Below, piece after piece: positions 28,681 to 37,535 of a DNA stretch of 64,000 nucleotides. The position numbers and the translations under genes were made by a program. The notes beneath the pieces are model-generated. The model did no database searches, was not told where the DNA came from, and saw only the letters and a list, made by a program, of their open reading frames with translations. Positions within the stretch are counted from its first letter, which is position 1; each line of letters begins with the position of its first letter. The DNA comes from Acidimicrobiia bacterium (GTDB lineage Bacteria; Actinomycetota; Acidimicrobiia; Spongiisociales; ZC4RG35): positions 73,825 to 137,824 of the forward strand of contig JBBDWM010000042.1 in NCBI GenBank assembly GCA_040902845.1, in the 5' to 3' direction.

Positions 28681-29619
28681 ATGGGAGAAGGGAACGAAGC
28701 TGCGCTGGCACAGCGAGCGGCCGAGCGTCACGGGGTGTTTCACCGCGACGAATGGCTCTCGCTCAGCCTGAGCGAGACAACCTTGAAGCGCCGAACCAAC
28801 GCGGGTCTCTTCATACGAGTCAGGCCTGAGGTATATGCGTTCAGTAGCGCGCCGAGAACCTGGTACCTGGAGGTCGCGGCGGCGGTGCTCGCCTCCGGCT
28901 CCAAAGCGGCTGCCTCGCATCGGACGGCGGCTCATCTCCATGGCCTGGTTGACCGGCCTGAACGCATCGAGGTGGTCAGCCTCCGGACAGGTCGGCGGCC
29001 GTCGGAATACGTACTGCACCAATCGACCGACCTGGCTCGAGCCCACATAACGACGGTGGAAGGAATACCAACGACGACCCTCGCCCGCACCATCGTCGAC
29101 ATCGGCGTCCCCCACGGAATCGGGGCCACCGGTTCCTGCCTTGATGAAGCTCGCCGTCGTGAGTTGGTGACTCTCGAGGACGTGGCCCGGGTGCTCCACC
29201 AGGTGGCGAGGAAAGGCCGCAACGGGGTCGGCCCGGCCAGGCGGATCCTGTCGGAACGTCTCGCATGGGACCAGATCACCGACTCCCAACTCGAGGATCG
29301 GTTCTTGAGGCTGATCCAGCGATCCGACATGCCCCAACCGGAGTCCCAGTTCGTCGTCTGCGACAGCGCTGGGGCCTTTGTTGCCCGGGTCGACTTTGCC
29401 TATCCCCATTCTTCGCTGATCATCGAGCTCGACGGAGCTGCCTTTCACAGCGACCCAGACACATTCCGGCGGGACCGACTCCGTCAGAATCGGTTGGTCG
29501 GCCTCGGGTACACGGTGCTGCGTTTCACGTATTGGGACATCCTCGCCGGAGCGGACTTCGTGGTGGACACGGTGGCATCGTTTCTCCCCCGGAATTGGGA
29601 GCCACAGGGCCGTATATGA
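28681..29619 (+). CDS. AbiEi-like N-terminal domain + DUF559 (restriction-endonuclease-like fold) protein
   Basis: Family pattern typical of actinobacterial DUF559 proteins. ATG at 28681. The last 8 codons and the stop are encoded inside repeat copy 2. Confidence 0.65.
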   Translation: MGEGNEAALAQRAAERHGVFHRDEWLSLSLSETTLKRRTNAGLFIRVRPEVYAFSSAPRTWYLEVAAAVLASGSKAAASHRTAAHLHGLVDRPERIEVVSLRTGRRPSEYVLHQSTDLARAHITTVEGIPTTTLARTIVDIGVPHGIGATGSCLDEARRRELVTLEDVARVLHQVARKGRNGVGPARRILSERLAWDQITDSQLEDRFLRLIQRSDMPQPESQFVVCDSAGAFVARVDFAYPHSSLIIELDGAAFHSDPDTFRRDRLRQNRLVGLGYTVLRFTYWDILAGADFVVDTVASFLPRNWEPQGRI

Positions 29620-29643
29620 CCCCTGAGCGTCCCAATTACGGGC
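29591..29643. repeat. palindromic MITE/REP-like element, copy 2
   Basis: GGAATTGGGAGC-CACAGGGCCGTATATGACCCCTGAGCG-TCCCAATTACGGG. Abuts the stop of the downstream EEP gene. Confidence 0.8.
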
Positions 29644-29645
29644 AG

Positions 29646-30578
29646 CTATGACGCCACGTACTCCAGGTCCACCACGAGTGCAAAGTGGTCTGAACCGATG
29701 CTGGGGCCGAGGTTTCGGTCCCGGACCCGGAGTGCGTCACTGTGGAGAAGGTGATCGATGGGCACTCGGAGCAAGCCAAACGCGGTGGCGGAGAAGGTTG
29801 GTTGCAGCCCGAAGCCGATCTGAGAGTTTCGCAATCCGCCCTTGGAGACCAGGTTGCGGAAAGGCCACGACCAGGGGGTTGCGTTGAGGTCGCCCACCAC
29901 GAAGTAGGCGCCTTCCTGCTCGGCGGCCCATTTCGCGGCAAAGGCCAGTTGGGCGTCCCGGAGCGAAGCTCGTTCCTCCGTGGTGGGAGCCAGGGTGTGA
30001 GTCGAAAGCACCTCCACCGAAACGGGCCAGCCATCGGGCTGGTAGTCCAGCGCCACCGCACGCGGCTGTGCCTCGGCAAACCCGTGTGACACGGCCTCCA
30101 CCTCGTCACGGGCCAGAACCAGGCTGCCGAAGATCAGGTTGTCGGACCGTGCCCTGATGATCTCGTAGTCGAGTTCGGCTGCCTCCAGCGCAACCTCCCA
30201 GGGCCGGCTCGCCTCGTGCAAGAAGACCAGGTCGGCTTGCACCGTCTCGATGTATTCGATGACCTCGTTGTAGCTCTCGTTGGTGGAGAGGAGGTTGAAA
30301 CTGAGCACCCGAAGGTAGGGGGCAGCAGGATCGGACTCCCCGGGCGAGCCGAAGTAGAGCGGCGCTACGAAGAACAGGTTGATCAGGGCAACCGCAAGTA
30401 TCGCCATGCCGGTCCGCCTCCACCGCGACAACACCACGATCCCACCGAGGACCATGAGCACGACGACATATTGCGCCCGAAAGTTGGCGAGGACATCGAG
30501 CCACCAAACCCAACGCCCGGCGAACGAGGCCAGACTCGCCGCGACAATCGCCGCCGCCGGGATGATGACGAGGATCAC
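29646..30578 (-). CDS. endonuclease/exonuclease/phosphatase family membrane protein
   Basis: N-terminal TM helices and an EEP-fold pattern (SFNLLSTN ... GDLNATPWS ... SDH). Confidence 0.7.
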   Translation of the reverse strand: MILVIIPAAAIVAASLASFAGRWVWWLDVLANFRAQYVVVLMVLGGIVVLSRWRRTGMAILAVALINLFFVAPLYFGSPGESDPAAPYLRVLSFNLLSTNESYNEVIEYIETVQADLVFLHEASRPWEVALEAAELDYEIIRARSDNLIFGSLVLARDEVEAVSHGFAEAQPRAVALDYQPDGWPVSVEVLSTHTLAPTTEERASLRDAQLAFAAKWAAEQEGAYFVVGDLNATPWSWPFRNLVSKGGLRNSQIGFGLQPTFSATAFGLLRVPIDHLLHSDALRVRDRNLGPSIGSDHFALVVDLEYVAS

Positions 30579-30584
30579 AGCGGC

Positions 30585-31949
30585 CTAGTTCGGGTCCGCG
30601 CCGATCCGGGCACGGATCGCCGCAACCTGACGGTGCACCGAATTGGCCGTCCCCGATCCGGGAGAACGTTCCCCCTTCACCGACCGCTCAACGTCGACCA
30701 CGGCCAAGTCCGCCTCCTCGAAGCTGCCGTGAACCGATCTCAGGTCGTCGAAGTTGGCCTCGGCCAGGCTCCGACCACCCGCCTCCAGAGCGACGATCAG
30801 CCGACCGACCGTCTGATGCGCCTCTCGGAAGGGAACGCCACGTCTGACCAGGGCCTCGGCGAGGTCGAGGCTGGCGGTCTCCCCTTCGGGCGGAGGCGGG
30901 TCGAACACGATGTGACCGAGCATTTCGGTCATCGCCAGGAGTGAGGAGGCCAGGACGTCGTCGGCGTCGAATACCAGCCCCTTGTCCTCCTGGAGGTCAC
31001 GGTTGTAGCTGAGGGGAAGTCCCTTCTGCAGAGTGATCACTGCGGTCAGATCGCCGGCGACCCGGGCGCTGCGCCCCCTGACCAACTCGGCGATGTCGGG
31101 GTTCCGTTTGTGAGGGAGGGCCGACGACCCGGTGCTGACGGAGTCGGCAAGCCTTGCCCATCCGAACTCGGTTGATGTCCACAACACCACCTCCTCGGCC
31201 AACCGGGAGAGGTCGACCATCGCCTGCGCACAACAGAAGACGTACTCGGCAACATGGTCTCTCGAGCCAACCGCGTCGAGGGAGTTCTCGAACACACCGC
31301 CCATGCCGAGGAGTCGGGCGCTCTCGTCGGGATCGATTCCCAGCGACGTGCCCGAGGAGGCTCCCGCTCCCAGCGGTGAGACGTCGATCCTGACGGTGGC
31401 CTGGGAAAAGCGCTCGGCGCTCCTCATCGCCATCCACGCGTAGGCGAGCAGATGATGACCAAGGGTGCTGGCCTGCGCTTGCTGGAGATGGGTGTAGGAG
31501 GGAACCGGGACTGCGGCATTGGCCTCGGCGAGTGAGCACAGATGAAGCGAGAACTGTTCGAGCTGGCCCACGCGTTGGGCCGCCGCCCGCCGTAGATAGA
31601 GCCTCAGATCCAGGGCGACCTGATCATTGCGGGAGCGACCGGTGTGCAGTTTCCCGGCGACCGGGCCGACGATTTCACCGAGTCTTCGTTCCACGGCACT
31701 GTGGACGTCCTCGTCTCCTTCCAGGAAGGTGAATTCCCCGCGCTCCACCTCAGAGCGGAGCGACTCGAGACCGTCGATGATCGCCCGCGCATCCTCGGCT
31801 GCAATGACCCCGGTGGTGCCCAGCATGGTCACATGGGCAATCGAGCCGTCGATGTCGTCGGGGAGAAGCCGCCGGTCGCTCAAATCGGCGGTGTAATCCC
31901 ACAACACGGTCCCGGGTGCGCTCTCGAAGCGCCCATCCCACAGGGTCAT
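30585..31949 (-). CDS. argH: argininosuccinate lyase
   Basis: Fumarase/aspartase family signature GSSALPHKRNP. Confidence 0.9.
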   Translation of the reverse strand: MTLWDGRFESAPGTVLWDYTADLSDRRLLPDDIDGSIAHVTMLGTTGVIAAEDARAIIDGLESLRSEVERGEFTFLEGDEDVHSAVERRLGEIVGPVAGKLHTGRSRNDQVALDLRLYLRRAAAQRVGQLEQFSLHLCSLAEANAAVPVPSYTHLQQAQASTLGHHLLAYAWMAMRSAERFSQATVRIDVSPLGAGASSGTSLGIDPDESARLLGMGGVFENSLDAVGSRDHVAEYVFCCAQAMVDLSRLAEEVVLWTSTEFGWARLADSVSTGSSALPHKRNPDIAELVRGRSARVAGDLTAVITLQKGLPLSYNRDLQEDKGLVFDADDVLASSLLAMTEMLGHIVFDPPPPEGETASLDLAEALVRRGVPFREAHQTVGRLIVALEAGGRSLAEANFDDLRSVHGSFEEADLAVVDVERSVKGERSPGSGTANSVHRQVAAIRARIGADPN

Positions 31950-33136
31950 CCGCCGCTCCCATCACCGAAACCACGTATCCTGAGGGCGTTGAGGTTGATG
32001 AACCCCTCGGCATCGGCCTGGCGGTAAACATCGTCCGCCTCGAACGTGGCCGATCCCGGATCGTAGAGACTGTTGGGAGCCCTTCTTCCGGTCACGGTGG
32101 CCGAGCCCTTGTAGAGCACCACCCTCGCCTCGCCCGTCACCGGCTCCTGTATTTCGTCCATGAAGCTCTGCAACGAGACTCGCTCCGGACTGAACCAGAA
32201 ACCGTTGTAAACCATGTCTGCGTATTTGGGCACCAACTGGTCTCGGAGATGCATCACTTCACGGTCGAGCGTGATCGACTCAACCGCCCGATGGACCAGG
32301 TGCAGCAGCGTTCCCCCTGGGGTTTCGTAAACCCCCCGGCTCTTCATGCCGACGAATCGGTTTTCAACGATGTCGATTCGGCCCACCCCGTGACGCCCGG
32401 CGATCTCGTTGGCCGTCTCCAGCAACCCGACCGGGTCGAGGTCCCGCCCATTGATGGAGACCGGGTTCCCATTCGAGAAGCCGACGAGCACTTCCTCGCC
32501 CTCGTCCGGGGCATCCTCCGGATCGGTAGTCATGCGGAACATCTTTTGCGGTGGCGCGGTCCAAGGGTCTTCGAGGACACCGCCCTCGTAGGAGACATGG
32601 AGCAGGTTGGCGTCGGTCGAGTAAGGGGCCTCCTTGGTGACCGGAACCGCGATGCCCCGCTCCCGTGCGTAGTCCATCAGGTCGGACCGACCCTTCAGGT
32701 CCCATTCCCGCCATGGCGCGATGATCCTTAGCTCGGGGGCGAGGGCGGCGATCGAGAGCTCGAACCGGACCTGGTCGTTGCCTTTGCCCGTTGCACCATG
32801 GGAGATGGTGTCGGCGCCGAACTCCCGAGCGGTGCGAACCAGGCCTTCACTGATGATCGGGCGGGCCAACGAGGTGCCCATCAGATAGTGGCCTTCGTAG
32901 ACGGCTGCAGCCCGCAGGGCCGGGAACACCGCACCGGTCACGAACCGATGGCGAAGATCATCGACGACCGCCTCGGACGCCCCGGTCTCAAGTGCCTTGA
33001 CCCGGGCCTCGCCCACTTCGGCGCCCTGGCCGACATCGGCGGTGTAGGTGACAACCTCGGCCGCGTGCTCTTCGCGAAGCCAGGCCAGGATCACCGAGGT
33101 GTCGAGACCTCCCGAGTAAGCCAGTACGACCTTCAT
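31946..33136 (-). CDS. argG: argininosuccinate synthase
   Basis: AYSGGLDTS PP-loop. Start set at MKVVLAYSGG, which gives a 4-nt overlap with cca. Confidence 0.9.
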   Translation of the reverse strand: MKVVLAYSGGLDTSVILAWLREEHAAEVVTYTADVGQGAEVGEARVKALETGASEAVVDDLRHRFVTGAVFPALRAAAVYEGHYLMGTSLARPIISEGLVRTAREFGADTISHGATGKGNDQVRFELSIAALAPELRIIAPWREWDLKGRSDLMDYARERGIAVPVTKEAPYSTDANLLHVSYEGGVLEDPWTAPPQKMFRMTTDPEDAPDEGEEVLVGFSNGNPVSINGRDLDPVGLLETANEIAGRHGVGRIDIVENRFVGMKSRGVYETPGGTLLHLVHRAVESITLDREVMHLRDQLVPKYADMVYNGFWFSPERVSLQSFMDEIQEPVTGEARVVLYKGSATVTGRRAPNSLYDPGSATFEADDVYRQADAEGFINLNALRIRGFGDGSGG

Positions 33137-34551
33137 TCCTCCTCCTCTGACACCGGAGGTTGCCCCGGGTCGGAAATTCCCTTTTCCAGCGCCCACTCCC
33201 GCACCAACCGGTAGGCCTCTTCCTCCGAAAAGGGCCCGTCCTCGATACGACGTTCGAGCAGTAGGTCCATGATCCCACCAACCGTGGGCCCCGGCTGAAT
33301 CCCGAGATACTCCATCACCTGGTGGCCATCGATCGGGGCCCGGAGGGCGGCCAGTTCCTCCTCTTCGGAGAGCTCAGCAATCCGAAGCTCCAGTTCGTCG
33401 ATCCTCTGGGTGATCTCCCGCTCTCGTTTCGGGTTGGCGGTCGTTATGTCGCACCTAACCAACTCGTTCAAGGGCTCGAGAAGATGCCCGGCGTCCCTCA
33501 CATAACGACGAACGGCAGAATCGGTCCAGCCCATCTTCAGGGTGTGCGGTCGAAGGTGAAGAAACACCAGTTGGGAGACGTTGTCCACGACCTCCGTGGG
33601 ATAGCGGAGCGCCTTGAGACGCCGCCGTGTCATTCGCGCCCCAACCACCTCGTGATGATGGAACGCCACCCCGCCTGGGCCGAATTGACGGGTGTCCGGC
33701 TTCCCGATGTCATGAAAGAGGGCGGCCAGCCTCAGTGTCAGGTCTGGAGACACCTTCTCGACGACGGCGAAGGTGTGGGCCAGCACGTCCTTGTGACGGT
33801 GCTGCGGGTCTTGTTCCATGGCCAGAGCGGGAAGCTCGGGGAGAAAATGATCAGCGAGCCCGGATGCCACCACTCCGTGGAGGGCGAGACCAGGTGCGGG
33901 GGACAAGAGCAGTTTCGAGAGGTCGTCTCGAATCCTCTCTGCAGAGACGATCTCGAGACGATCCCCCATGGAGGCAACGGCTTCCAGCGCTGTCGGGTCG
34001 GGGTCGAATCCCAGGGTGGCCTGAAAACGAAACAGCCTGAGCATGCGCAGGGGATCATCCGAGAACGACACCGCGGGGTCGACCGGTGTTCGCAGCCGTC
34101 GCGCGGCCAGGTCGGCCAAACCCCCGAACGGGTCTACCGGTTCCAGGGCCATCAGGGAGAGAGCGATGGCGTTGACGGTGAAGTCGCGCCGGGCGAGATC
34201 GTCTTCGATGCGGTCCGAGAAGGTGACGTGGGGCTTGCGCGAGTCGTCGCGATAGATCTCGTCGCGAAATGTCGTCACTTCGACAGTCCTCCCGTCCTTG
34301 CGGGCGGCGATCGTGCCGAAGGTGGCGCCCACGGTGTAGACGGCGTCCGCCCAGCCTCTCAGGATCTCGACTATTCGGTCGGGGCGGGCATCGGTTGCAA
34401 AGTCGTAGTCCTCGATCGGGCGCTCGAGAAAGGCGTCGCGGACCGACCCACCCACCAGGAACAGCTGATGACCCGAGCCCGAGAACCGCGGCGCCAGTTG
34501 GGCCGGCGGCAGCTCGGGGGACACCAGGAATTCAAGTCGCTTCGGAATCAC
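33133..34551 (-). CDS. cca: CCA tRNA nucleotidyltransferase with HD domain
   Basis: PolyA-polymerase head domain (GGSVRD) and a C-terminal HD motif (HHDIGK-like). GTG start. Confidence 0.85.
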   Translation of the reverse strand: MIPKRLEFLVSPELPPAQLAPRFSGSGHQLFLVGGSVRDAFLERPIEDYDFATDARPDRIVEILRGWADAVYTVGATFGTIAARKDGRTVEVTTFRDEIYRDDSRKPHVTFSDRIEDDLARRDFTVNAIALSLMALEPVDPFGGLADLAARRLRTPVDPAVSFSDDPLRMLRLFRFQATLGFDPDPTALEAVASMGDRLEIVSAERIRDDLSKLLLSPAPGLALHGVVASGLADHFLPELPALAMEQDPQHRHKDVLAHTFAVVEKVSPDLTLRLAALFHDIGKPDTRQFGPGGVAFHHHEVVGARMTRRRLKALRYPTEVVDNVSQLVFLHLRPHTLKMGWTDSAVRRYVRDAGHLLEPLNELVRCDITTANPKREREITQRIDELELRIAELSEEEELAALRAPIDGHQVMEYLGIQPGPTVGGIMDLLLERRIEDGPFSEEEAYRLVREWALEKGISDPGQPPVSEEEE

Positions 34552-34565
34552 CCGATGAGGTTAAA

Positions 34566-34618
34566 GGGACCCTTCGGGTCCCCGTATCACGTATTGCGTA
34601 TTGCGTATTGCGTATTGC
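34566..34618. repeat. hairpin GGGACCC-TTCG-GGGTCCC followed by (GTATTGC)x4 tandem heptamers
   Basis: Direct reading. Lies between the pilT stop and the cca start. Confidence 0.85.
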
Positions 34619-35698
34619 CTAAATCGCAATCCCGGCGGCCATGGCCTTGGCTCGCAACTCATGCACGTTGCGGGAGTGGGGAAGTGCCGTCGGGAGCTCA
34701 ATGACCCGATTGACCACCAGTTTGAGCATCGACTGGTCGAAGGTCTGCATGCCGAAGAATTCGCTGTCCTTCATGATGTCGAGCAGGAAGCTGGCGTCCT
34801 TGCCGCCCATTATCCATTCCTGAACCCGCTCGTTGTTGTTTACGACTTCATAGGAAAGGACGGAAGTGCCCTCCTGACCCTCGAGCAAACGCTGGCTGAT
34901 GATGCCCAACAACTGGGACGCCAACTGGGCGCGGACGATTCCCTGTTCGGTCTCGGGGAAAAGGGAGATGACCCGATGGATGGTGTCGGCGGGATCGGTG
35001 GTGCGCATCGAGGAGACCACGAGGTGCCCGGTTTCTGACGCTGCGATCGCCGCCCGGGCGGTCTCCAGGTCTTCGATCTCGGAAACAACGATCACATCGG
35101 TGTCGTGTCGCATCGCGCTGCGAATTGCCTGCGCGTAGTCGGCGGTGTCCACCCCGACCTCCCGCTGCACGACGACACTGCGCTTGTCACTGTGAAGCAC
35201 CTCGATCGGATCCTCGATGGTGAGAATGGATACTCCCCGGTTCGAGTTGATCCAGTCGATGATCGAGGACATTGTCGAGGTCTTACCCGACCCCGAGGGC
35301 CCGGTGACGAGAAGTAATCCCGATTTCTCGGCGGCGAACTTCTCGATCATGTTGGGGAGGCCCAAATCCGAGAACGTCTTAGGTTCCCGGACCACCTTGC
35401 GGAGCACGAGGGATACCGATCCACGCTGACGGAAGGCAGACACCCTGAATCGGCCCAACTCCTGGCGGCCATAGGCGAAGTCAGCAAACCCGTAGCTCTT
35501 GAAGTCCGACTCAGCCTGTGGAGTGAAGAGCGTGTCGGCAAATGCTTGGGTGTCCTCGGGACTCAAGGACTCATAGCCGTCGAGCCGGCGGATCTCACCG
35601 TTGATACGTGCGACCGGGGCCGATCCGACCTTCAAGTGGATGTCGGTGGCTTCCTGAGAAACAGCCTGGCGCAAGAGCTCGTCGATGTTGTTTTCCAT
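34619..35698 (-). CDS. pilT: type IV pilus retraction ATPase, PilT family
   Basis: 359 aa from the internal ATG (MENNIDELL). Walker A GPSGSGKTS, Asp box, Walker B and His box typical of PilT/GspE ATPases. Confidence 0.8.
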   Translation of the reverse strand: MENNIDELLRQAVSQEATDIHLKVGSAPVARINGEIRRLDGYESLSPEDTQAFADTLFTPQAESDFKSYGFADFAYGRQELGRFRVSAFRQRGSVSLVLRKVVREPKTFSDLGLPNMIEKFAAEKSGLLLVTGPSGSGKTSTMSSIIDWINSNRGVSILTIEDPIEVLHSDKRSVVVQREVGVDTADYAQAIRSAMRHDTDVIVVSEIEDLETARAAIAASETGHLVVSSMRTTDPADTIHRVISLFPETEQGIVRAQLASQLLGIISQRLLEGQEGTSVLSYEVVNNNERVQEWIMGGKDASFLLDIMKDSEFFGMQTFDQSMLKLVVNRVIELPTALPHSRNVHELRAKAMAAGIAI

Positions 35699-35766
35699 TT
35701 CCCTTCCCGGAATTGACCCAGATGGCCTTTTATCGGTCCACGGAAGGTGGAATTGAAGGACTTTGG

Positions 35767-36771
35767 TCAGATCGGCCAGTGTCTCGCGACGGCCTCGAAG
35801 ACAGGGTCTAGTGCCAGAGATGCATCGTGCGGTGAGAACAGCCCGTCCGTGAACTGGCCCCGACCCGACACCCCGCGCAGAGTCTCCGACGTCGAATCGC
35901 GCAAAGCATCGAGGTCGTAGCCCCCTTCGAGGGCGAACACGATCCGATGAGCTGGATGGGCTGCGACCAGCTGAGCGGCCATCCACCCGTAGTCCGATGC
36001 GACCAGGCGCAACTCGGCCATGTGATCGGCGACATGGGCATCGAAACCGGAGCTCACCAGCACCCAATCCGGTGCGAACGCCGTCACAACGGGGATCACG
36101 ATCTCACCCCAAGCCCTGCGATAGAGGTCACCGGCGGTTCCAGCCGGGACCGGGATGTTGATGGTCGTCCCCTTTGATTCCCGCTCGATGTCCGCAACGT
36201 CGCCCTGGAACGGATAGAAAGCGTCCTGGTGAACGGAGACATATAGGATCCCCGGGTCTTCCATGACCATCTCCTGGGTCCCGTTCCCGTGATGAACATC
36301 CCAGTCGAGGATGGCCACCCGATTTCCCTGAGAACGAAGCAGAGCCGCGCCCACCGCCACGTTGTTGAAGAGGCAGAACCCCATGGCCCTGCTTCGGAGC
36401 GCGTGATGCCCTGGAGGCCGGGCAATTACAAACGCGGTGGCGTCGGTGCGGTCCTCAAGCTCCTCGATGGCTGCTGACACGCCTCCGGCAGCGGTCAGAG
36501 CCGCAACCCAACTCTCCTCCGAGGCGAACGTGTCACTATCGAGCAGCCCTCCTCCCATCCGACAGAAAGTCTCGATCATCTCGATGTAAGAGGGGTCGTG
36601 AACCAGTGCCAACTCGCTGCGACGAATCTGCGGTGACTCGATTTGCACCACGTCCAGCCCGCTCTGAAGTACGCCCTGCTGAACCGCCCCCACCCGTGCC
36701 GGACGCTCCGGGTGAAAGTCGGTGGTGTTGTGCTCCAGCGACGACGGGTGGGACGCGACTACGACTTCCAT
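35767..36771 (-). CDS. histone deacetylase family protein (AcuC/HDAC-like)
   Basis: HDAC motifs (RPPGHHA, DWDVHHGNGT, GGGY). Start set at MEVVVASHP. Confidence 0.8.
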   Translation of the reverse strand: MEVVVASHPSSLEHNTTDFHPERPARVGAVQQGVLQSGLDVVQIESPQIRRSELALVHDPSYIEMIETFCRMGGGLLDSDTFASEESWVAALTAAGGVSAAIEELEDRTDATAFVIARPPGHHALRSRAMGFCLFNNVAVGAALLRSQGNRVAILDWDVHHGNGTQEMVMEDPGILYVSVHQDAFYPFQGDVADIERESKGTTINIPVPAGTAGDLYRRAWGEIVIPVVTAFAPDWVLVSSGFDAHVADHMAELRLVASDYGWMAAQLVAAHPAHRIVFALEGGYDLDALRDSTSETLRGVSGRGQFTDGLFSPHDASLALDPVFEAVARHWPI

Positions 36772-36900
36772 GCCCGTACCCTTTCGCGGGTGCCAAACCG
36801 TCTCCATATGGATGGTGTCTGGCCGGGACCGGTCGACCTGCGGAGGGGATGGGCGCGGGCCTCGGCTAGACCCTGGAATGACGATCTTCCGGACGTGGCG

Positions 36901-37509
36901 ATGAGACTGATTCGGGGGTCGCACGAATTCCTCGGCGAAGCCTCCCACCAACTCGCATCGCTGGCCATCCGTGACATCTTCTCTCCGGCTCTATACCCGA
37001 TGGCGACCCGGATCTGGACCCGGGCGGGGTACGTGGAACACACCTCGCTCTCCGTGATGGAGCGCCACTTGAGTGGGAACATAACCGAACCGGCTCACCC
37101 GGTGCGGCCGAGCGACACTCCCGATTGGCCGGCCCTCGCCAGGGTCGATCGTTCGGCGTTCACCGAGTTCTGGAGGATGAGCGTCGCCGGGCTCGCAGAG
37201 GCGATGAAGGCCACACCCAGGTCGGCGCTGCTTCAGGTTGAGGAGCCCGAAGGTGTCGTGGCCTACGCCATAGTGGGCACCCAGTTGACAGTCTCCTATC
37301 TGCAGCGGGTGGCGGTCCTGCCGACCCGATCAGGCAAGGGCCTGGGGACGGCACTCATCAGGGCATCCTTGCTCTGGGCCCGGAGCAAGGGGGCGAGGAC
37401 GATGGTCCTCAATGTTCGACCCGAGAACATGAGGGCGACCGAGGTCTACGCCAGGGAGGGCTTTTCCCACACCGGGACCGCCTTGCACGTTCTCAGGTTC
37501 GGCCATTGA
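36901..37509 (+). CDS. GNAT family N-acetyltransferase
   Basis: Acetyl-CoA-binding motif (RSGKGLGTALI). Start at ATG 36901. The longer ORF overlaps the divergent HDAC gene. Confidence 0.7.
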   Translation: MRLIRGSHEFLGEASHQLASLAIRDIFSPALYPMATRIWTRAGYVEHTSLSVMERHLSGNITEPAHPVRPSDTPDWPALARVDRSAFTEFWRMSVAGLAEAMKATPRSALLQVEEPEGVVAYAIVGTQLTVSYLQRVAVLPTRSGKGLGTALIRASLLWARSKGARTMVLNVRPENMRATEVYAREGFSHTGTALHVLRFGH

Positions 37510-37535
37510 CGGCCGCCGCCTGCTGGACTGAGTAG

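Noticed and set aside
28480-29619. DUF559/AbiEi gene as a toxin-antitoxin or abortive-infection system
   Set aside because: Only a single gene with both domains and no partner toxin gene. Reported instead as a repeat-bounded cassette.
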